From the NCBI GenBank assembly GCA_004431415.1, contig QPMI01000533.1:248001-312000 (forward strand): a stretch of DNA of 64,000 nt. Direction: 5' to 3'. Of this stretch, positions 57,901 through 64,000 are shown in pieces. This DNA is from Cyanophora paradoxa CCMP329 (taxonomy: Eukaryota; Plantae; Glaucophyta). Positions within the stretch are counted from its first letter, which is position 1. Each line of letters opens with the position of its first letter. The notes beneath the pieces are model-generated. The model was not told where the DNA came from, made no database searches, and saw nothing but the letters and a program-made list of their open reading frames with translations. The position numbers and the translations under genes are program-made.

Positions 57901-60900
57901 TTCCCCTGATCGTCCTTCTGCTTCAGGACTGCGCCAAGTCCGTACTTGCAAGCGTCGGTCTGCAAGATGAATTTCTTCTCGAAATCCGGATAGCGGAGAA
58001 CAGGTGCCTCCGTCAACTTCCGTCGAAGCTCTTCGAAAGCTGACTGTTGCTCCTTTCCCCAGGTCCAGTCGATGCCGGACCGCAGAAGGCCAGTCGAAGG
58101 TTCACATATTTTTGCGAAGTTTTTAATAAATCTCCTGTAATATGACGCGAAGCCGTAGAACGCTCGCAGCTGCTTCGGGTTCGTCGGCACCGGCCACTTC
58201 ACGATCTGCTCGATCTTCTTGGGGTCCATCCGAATGCCGTTCTTGTCAACGATGTGGCCCAGAAGTTCGACCTCCGCCTTCGCAAATCGGCACTTTGTTG
58301 ACTTGAGTCTGACGTTGGCCTCGTCCAGTCGCTGCAGGACTCGCCGCAGGTCGGCCGCATGATCCTCGACGCGTCGAGACATGATGCAGATGTCATCGAG
58401 GTAAACCGTGCAATGGATCCATTTGAGGCCTGTTAAGATGCAGTCCATCGCGCGTTCGAATGACTTGGGGCTGTTCGACAGGCCAAACGGGGTCACATTG
58501 TACTCGTAGAGGCCGTTACTGGTGAGAAACGCTGTCTTCTCTTTGCTCGCCTCGTCGAGGGGCAATTGCCAGTATCCGCTGATCATGTCCAGGGTCGAAA
58601 AGATGACCGAGCCTTGGAGCGAGTCCAAGATGTCGTCAACACGAGGAAGAGGGTACGCGTCTGGCTTCGTCTTCGCGTTCAATTCACGATAATCGACGCA
58701 AAATCGCCACGTCCCGTCCTTCTTCTTAGCCAGAACGACAGGAAACGCCCACGGTGACTTGGACGGCCGGACAACGTTGTCCTTGAGCATCTGCTCGACG
58801 TGCTCCGAGATCACCTTGTTTTTGAGAGCATTGTTCCGCCGTAACGGAATCTGAATCGGACGTGCTCCTTGAACGTCGATGTGGTGCGCGTATTTTTGGG
58901 GCAGCAGCTTGCCCGTCTCGACCTTGTACTCGGACGCAAACATGTGTCTGAAATCGTACAGCACCGCGCAGACGCCTCTGACGACGGTGGCGTCCAGACC
59001 CTCATGTCCGACGTCCAGTCTTGCACGAAGAGCTTGCCACGCCGGGTCCGCCTCCCGAGTGCGGCACTCCTCGCATTGTCCGCAGGCGCATGACTCCTTG
59101 CGCTGCGTCGCAGGTCGAGTTGCTGTCGGCGTCTCGCCGACCGACGCCACCGTTGGCCCGTTCGCCGCCGTCGGTGTTGTCGCCTCCTCCTTGGTCTCCG
59201 TCTCCTCCTTCCTGGTGTGGTCGTTCTTCACGCCGACTTCATGAACAGAGCTGATCGTCTGCAGATCGGGACCCTCCGGCGTCCAGTAACCGAGCATGGC
59301 GCCCTTCTTGATCCGACGATTCGCATATTGCGAGTTCAGCACTCGAACCATGCAGACGCCGTCGTGGAACGTTGTCAGGTTCCCGGCCATCATGAGGTTC
59401 GTCTTCTGGTACAGTCGTGGATGCTCTTCCACCATGCCGCGAGTGCCGTCCTTCGGCTGATCGCCCTTTTGATCCAGCTTGACCAGAACGTCGTGTTCGT
59501 GCCGAGCCTTGATCTTCACGTCCTCCGACGCGATCACCGCAACGCCACTCCGTACGCGTGGCTCCGTGTTGACTGTCTCTCCCGACTTGTTTTTCATGAT
59601 GCCCTCGGACAGATCGATGGCCCACGCGTTGTCCATGATGTAGTCGGCGCCAAGAATAATGTGCGTTGGCAAATTCTCCCACACGAAGAATTCTTGCACT
59701 GATTTTGCGAGCGTCCCCAGCGTCACCTCGATGTCGACGGAGCCCAACACGTTGACTGGTGAGCCGTCTGCCGTCGCAAATTCGCCTCTCCTGCTCTTGT
59801 CGATTTTCTCCTGCAGGCCGAGCTTCTCCACCAGGCGCCTCGAGATAATCGAGAACGCGGCGCCGGTGTCGACGAGCGCCTTCAAGGGCCCCTTGCCGTT
59901 GAGTCTCGCCTGAATCTCCGCATGAACTCCGGTTCGTTTGCTCAATCGTTCTGCCGTCCGCCGAAGCGAGGCAATGATTGTTTCTTGCTCCTCGGCCAGA
60001 GTCATGCCGTCGAGGTCGTCCAGACCCTCGACATTGTCGTTGTCGCTGTCGTCGTCGACTGCAACCTCCGGGACGCGTCCCGTACGTCGATCGTTCGATG
60101 TCTCGGCGGTACGCGCGCGTCGCGCTCGTCGCTCGTAGACCATCTGAACGTTTGGCCCCCAGCGGGCCAGCGGGTAGGAGCGGTTGAAGTCGGACTGAGG
60201 CGAGCTCGTGGTGGAACACTTGCTCTCCTCGTCTGTGAGTTCGTCCGATTTCCGCTTGAGGTAATTCCGCCTCCATTCGGCTTGACGCTTGAAGACGATC
60301 GAACCCGTGGGGTTCGTCCACAGGTTGCTGGCCGGTGCAGGCACCGCCAGCTGTGATCTCCACGTCTTCGCGTAGCCAGGAGCACAACTGAAGCTGGTAC
60401 TGTCCGCCCTCGCGGCGTCTCGCGTCGGGTGCGACCCGACGTCTTGCGCCGCGCGGGAGGATGACTGACTCTTGCGTCCAGTTGTCCCCTCTCCTGATTC
60501 CTGCATCGCCGCGGAGCTCTGTCGGTGCGCTTGTAGCTTGCTCCCGTACAGTCCGCTGTGCTGATGCGGCGCCGGCGCTGTTGCAGCTGCCGTCTTGCGC
60601 CCGCCAACCTGCTGGATCCTCGTGGAGGTCCGTTGCTGCAGGTGTGATTCAACAGTGGTCGCTGGCCGAGTCCTCGAGGAGGAGTCTCGCCCCGTCGCTT
60701 CTGCGCCATGGCTTGTGCGTTCGCTCTTGGAGCTCAGCGTGCCTCGTTCCGCGACGGTGCTCCACTGGTCACGTTGTGGCCTTCGCTCGCCTCCAATCGA
60801 CACGTCATCCGCCCCGCCTTCCTTGGGCAGGGCGGCCGCGTGCGCCGATAGAGGTACAGCGGTTTGCTTTGCACGTAGTGATTGAACCTTCCGATCACTC

Positions 60901-61416
60901 ACGGGCCTTCGTTCGTCCTCGCACAGAACACGCGACGCCCCGCCCGTGAGGGGTTGGGCGCCCTTGCGTCCTGTGCGGGATCGAACGGTCTGATGTTCGT
61001 CCTCGCACTGAGACTGTTGCGGTTCGTCCTCGCACACATCTCCTTTCCGCCCCCGTCTGACTTGTTCGTCCTTGCACAGAGTCTTGTGCTGGTGGGCGTT
61101 GTGCGGACGGGCGACTTCGTCGTCGATCTCCATGTCATGCTCGTCGTCGCCGTCAACATCTCCATCTTCGTCCTCATCTCCATCCTTGTCTCCGTCAACG
61201 TCTCCATTTTCCTCGCCGTCGTCGTCCTCCCAATCGTCGTTTTCACGCCAGGCCTCATCGTCCTCCATTTCCACGTCACCGTCTATTGCGAGCACGGCGT
61301 AGCGTCCGCCATACTGTGCAGTAGAGGTGGGCCTCTTGATTTGCCCTCCGCGCGGGTCCGGCTCCTGACTCCGCGCCGGGCGGGCCAGTTTACCGCCGGA
61401 CGCCCGCGGCGCCCCG
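54990..61416 (-). CDS. pol: Pol polyprotein (aspartic protease, RT, RNase H, integrase), +1 frame relative to gag
   Basis: LVDTGA, WRFCVDYR, YLDD, LQTDAC/ELEAL/TDH, HHCC zinc finger, D-D-E (WQLD, VDQG, KLER), GPY motif; uninterrupted ORF 54990-61823. Confidence 0.95.
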
Positions 61417-63114
61417 AAAGGGCTGGCGCTGGCGCTGGCGCTGCGGCTGCTGCTCCTCCTCGTCCTCGTCATCCTCGAGGTCAACAATCTCGTCCTCGTC
61501 CACCGGCTGCGCCTGGTACACGACGCGCTGGCGCCGGACGGGTACATCGTTGGCGCTGGTCGGCCGGCCGCCGCGGCCGCGTGCGAGGCGCGCGCCGCCA
61601 CGCTGGCGCGGGATCCGCTGGCCCATCGCCTGCTCGTCGCCCCGCTCGCCGTTCGTGATGGCGAGGTACCCCTGGCCAGGGTACGCCATCTTGCGGTCGC
61701 ACGGGTGGCCGTGCAGCTTCCAGCAGTTGTCCACCGTGTGACCGTACTTCCGGCAGTGATTGCAGAACGGCCGCTCCGCGTCGACACCGGGGGCGGAGGC
61801 GTAGGGGGGTACGTCATTTCCACGGTACGCTCCGCCGCCCATCGCGTTGAAGTGCTGACGACTGACTTCAGGTGCCGCCGGCAGCATCCGACCGTATGTC
61901 ACCAAGTTGATGTCCGCCTGGGGGGTACTGGTGAGCTTCGTCGCCGCGAATTTCTTGCACTCGTTCATGAAGTGACCCTTGAATCCGCAGAAGAGGCAAT
62001 GCGCGCCCGACGCGTCGACACGCTTGTTCTTGCGGTCGTCTTTGCGATCACGGTCGTCCCGATCGTCGCGATCGTCCCGGCGGCGGTCGCGATCGTCCTT
62101 GCGATACTTGCGGCGGCGATCGTCGCGATCGTCCTCCGAGTCGCTGCGCCGGTCCGTCCGCCGATCACGGTCGCGCTCGCTACGCTTCTCATGGACTGCA
62201 GCGATGGCGGCGGCCCGCGCCTCGACCATCTGATGGAAGATGACGGGATCGACTGTTGCGGGGGTAGACGACACTTGGACGCCGGCGTTGGCCTGGACGG
62301 GTGCGCTGTTGCCGCTGTTGACGTCGTCCGTGCCCCCGTTTATGCCGATCGGCAGGCTGTTTGCTCCCGTACCGAACTGAATGTTGTGGATGCGGCCGTG
62401 GAGGGGTACACCATTCTTGGGCACGTTGAGGGAGTTGACGGCCTGGACACGCCGCGAGAACTTGCTGGTGCTCACGCGTTTGGCGATGTACTCTGCCCAC
62501 TGATCGGGGTCCTCCTTGTGCTCACGAGCTGCCTTTTCCGCCAGATCGAAGAGGTCGATGTTCGAGATGAGGGCCTCTGTCATCTCGTAGACGAGCACGG
62601 CGTCCGGCATCACGTGCTCAAGCTGCAGCAACGCGCGTGTCTCAACGGTACGTTGCTTGTAGTCCTTGATGTCGGCGGGGATGAGCATTGACTTCGTTGC
62701 CAGCTTCATGCCCTCGTTGAAGATGCGCTGCTTCATCAAGGTCTGGGGATTGTAGACGTTGGCGTACTCGCGGATGAGGACCGTTCGCATATCCTCGTAG
62801 GACATGTCAGGACGTAGCTCGCGGCGCAGCGCCTGTAGAGGCGTGCCCTCAGCTTGTAGCATTGCCTTGTACAACGACTGAGCTTTAACAGTCTCTTTAT
62901 CGGCGATGGTAGAGCTGTCGATGTTGTGCGTCCAGTCGTGGAACAGACTCAGATAGCCCAACACATCACTGTCCTTCTGGGGCACAGGCGGCGGGTATTG
63001 ATTGATTACATTCGTATAGGCGGAATTCGCAGCGATCGACTGCATGGCGGCGGCGTGGTCGCGATTGACAGCGAGCGACTTGTTCACGATGCGCCTCATG
63101 AAGGAATGACTCAT
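61390..63114 (-). CDS. gag: Gag with two CCHC zinc knuckles
   Basis: Start MSHSF at 63114 downstream of PBS; CLFCGFKGHFMNEC and CNHCRKYGHTVDNC. Confidence 0.9.
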   Translation of the reverse strand: MSHSFMRRIVNKSLAVNRDHAAAMQSIAANSAYTNVINQYPPPVPQKDSDVLGYLSLFHDWTHNIDSSTIADKETVKAQSLYKAMLQAEGTPLQALRRELRPDMSYEDMRTVLIREYANVYNPQTLMKQRIFNEGMKLATKSMLIPADIKDYKQRTVETRALLQLEHVMPDAVLVYEMTEALISNIDLFDLAEKAAREHKEDPDQWAEYIAKRVSTSKFSRRVQAVNSLNVPKNGVPLHGRIHNIQFGTGANSLPIGINGGTDDVNSGNSAPVQANAGVQVSSTPATVDPVIFHQMVEARAAAIAAVHEKRSERDRDRRTDRRSDSEDDRDDRRRKYRKDDRDRRRDDRDDRDDRDRKDDRKNKRVDASGAHCLFCGFKGHFMNECKKFAATKLTSTPQADINLVTYGRMLPAAPEVSRQHFNAMGGGAYRGNDVPPYASAPGVDAERPFCNHCRKYGHTVDNCWKLHGHPCDRKMAYPGQGYLAITNGERGDEQAMGQRIPRQRGGARLARGRGGRPTSANDVPVRRQRVVYQAQPVDEDEIVDLEDDEDEEEQQPQRQRQRQPFRGAAGVRR

Positions 63115-63339
63115 GATGATGAAGCTTGAGGCACGTCGGGAGAATCGAAGATCGGCGAGCCGAAGACGGACGGGGTCGGGGCAGTGGCCGACGGGGTCGG
63201 GAGCGAGCACAGGATGAACTCGCCGTTGACAGGCGAGGTCGGGAACTGGTCGCCGCCGACTACGATTGCGCGACGCGTAGCGGTAGGCGGAGTGAGCTCC
63301 GAGTGGTAGAGAGGCTTGGTCGGTTCGTTGCTCCGAATG

Positions 63340-63357
63340 AAGCCGGTGCAGCCCCCA
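63340..63357 (-). promoter_or_regulatory. Primer binding site, tRNA-Pro-like
   Basis: TGGGGGCTGCACCGG directly after 5' LTR; resembles tRNA-Pro PBS TGGGGGCTCGTCCGG. Confidence 0.75.
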
Positions 63358-63686
63358 TGCGCGGCTAAGGGAAGCACGCCCAGTGCAGACCTGAGCAGGC
63401 AGGTTGATGGCAAGAGGCTGAGCAGCACCAGTGCGACGGAGCAGCAGAGTCTCGGTAGGATTGAGTACAAAGGGAACAGATATAGCGCTAGACATAGCTA
63501 CAGCGAGGCTAGTCATAGTGCTAGGGCTATTCTGAGCGTGCTAAGATGGTCGCTGGACCAGATGGCAACGCGTACAAGGGTACAGGCCCAGAGGACAGGG
63601 CTAAATAAGGGAGCAGAGGCCAAGGGCCTAGCTAAGAGCTAGAGGACTAGCCGACGAGCCGAGCGAGTCGGGAAGTGGATGGCACA
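63358..63686 (-). repeat. 5' LTR (329 bp)
   Basis: Direct repeat of 54154-54482. Confidence 0.95.
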
Positions 63687-63804
63687 TGCCCGGAAGGAAC
63701 TTGTTCACGATGCCGTCCATGTCGGCCTTCAGGTCGTTCTTCAGCGACTGGCGCTGCTTCTTAGAGCCCTCCCCAATGTCCATCATAGAGTGGCCCTTCG
63801 TCAT
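63687..63804 (-). pseudogene. 5' part of the disrupted viral gene
   Basis: MTKGHSMMDIGEGSKKQRQSLKNDLKADMDGIVNKFLPG, preceded by AT-rich AATAAATTTTCC. Confidence 0.8.
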
Positions 63805-63883
63805 CGCGCCTCGGTTAGGATCCCAGTGGGAAAATTTATTGGTTCACATCGGCCTACCAAGCACACCCTGGCTAACAAGCAAT

Positions 63884-64000
63884 CTAATGGAAGCGGCGGT
63901 AGGCGCCGCCGTTGGTGAAGGTGATCTCGTTGTAGTAGCGGCAGTAGATGTCGGCCACGGGCTTGTCCGCGCCGTAGGTCTTGAGCGTGGTGAGCGTGAG
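63884..64000 (-). CDS. C-terminus of probable NCLDV-type double jelly-roll major capsid protein (truncated by window)
   Basis: LTLTTLKTYGADKPVADIYCRYYNEITFTNGGAYRRFH* fits the terminal IYAxNYNVLRIxxGxxxxxF/Y pattern; not in the ORF track. Confidence 0.6.
   Translation of the reverse strand, partial: LTLTTLKTYGADKPVADIYCRYYNEITFTNGGAYRRFH

Larger units (their letters stand above)
54154..63686 (-). mobile_element. Intact Ty3/Gypsy LTR retrotransposon
   Basis: Two 329-bp LTRs, PBS, gag and pol with PR-RT-RH-IN order. Confidence 0.97.
31000..64000. mobile_element. Endogenous small NCLDV-like virus (Mriyaviricetes/Yaravirus-like), continues beyond window
   Basis: Dense gene block with YqaJ, SF3 helicase, NCLDV-type SSB, DUF5767-like protein, MCP-like C-terminus and shared upstream motif; no PolB within window; left boundary approximate. 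Confidence 0.75.

Noticed and set aside
63115-63516. N-terminal extension of gag ORF
   Set aside because: Lies in the LTR/PBS leader; first plausible start is 63114
51454-63686. Ngaro/DIRS-type split direct repeat (A...AB...B) interpretation
   Set aside because: Element encodes a DDE integrase, not a tyrosine recombinase, has a TSD, and each repeat is a TG...CA LTR with its own PBS in opposite orientation

Overview
Eukaryotic nuclear DNA from a GC-rich, intron-dense, probably flagellated protist or alga (species not identifiable from sequence alone). Three zones. (1) 1-~3750: the end of an AT-rich, intronless, gene-dense viral element (Polinton-like virus, virophage or other small dsDNA virus) with a Peptidase S74 chaperone-containing fibre gene and two paralogous fibre-like genes. 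(2) ~3750-31000: host DNA with multi-exon genes for an ABCG transporter, an LCLAT1/LPAT-type acyltransferase, an alpha-arrestin, a degenerate class III nucleotidyl cyclase and the 3' end of NPHP4; many introns use GC donors. (3) ~31000-64000, running off the window: a GC-rich endogenous small NCLDV-like (Mriyaviricetes/Yaravirus-like) virus with YqaJ nuclease, intron-containing SF3 helicase, NCLDV-type SSB, DUF5767-like protein, membrane proteins, a candidate origin and the C-terminus of a probable double jelly-roll major capsid protein. One viral gene is split by a 12.2 kb composite retroelement: an intact Ty3/Gypsy element fused tail-to-tail to a related non-autonomous LTR element, the pair flanked by a single 4-bp TSD. 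Most short ORFs in the supplied track are GC-rich artefacts. Family assignments are from motif recognition by eye, not database searches.
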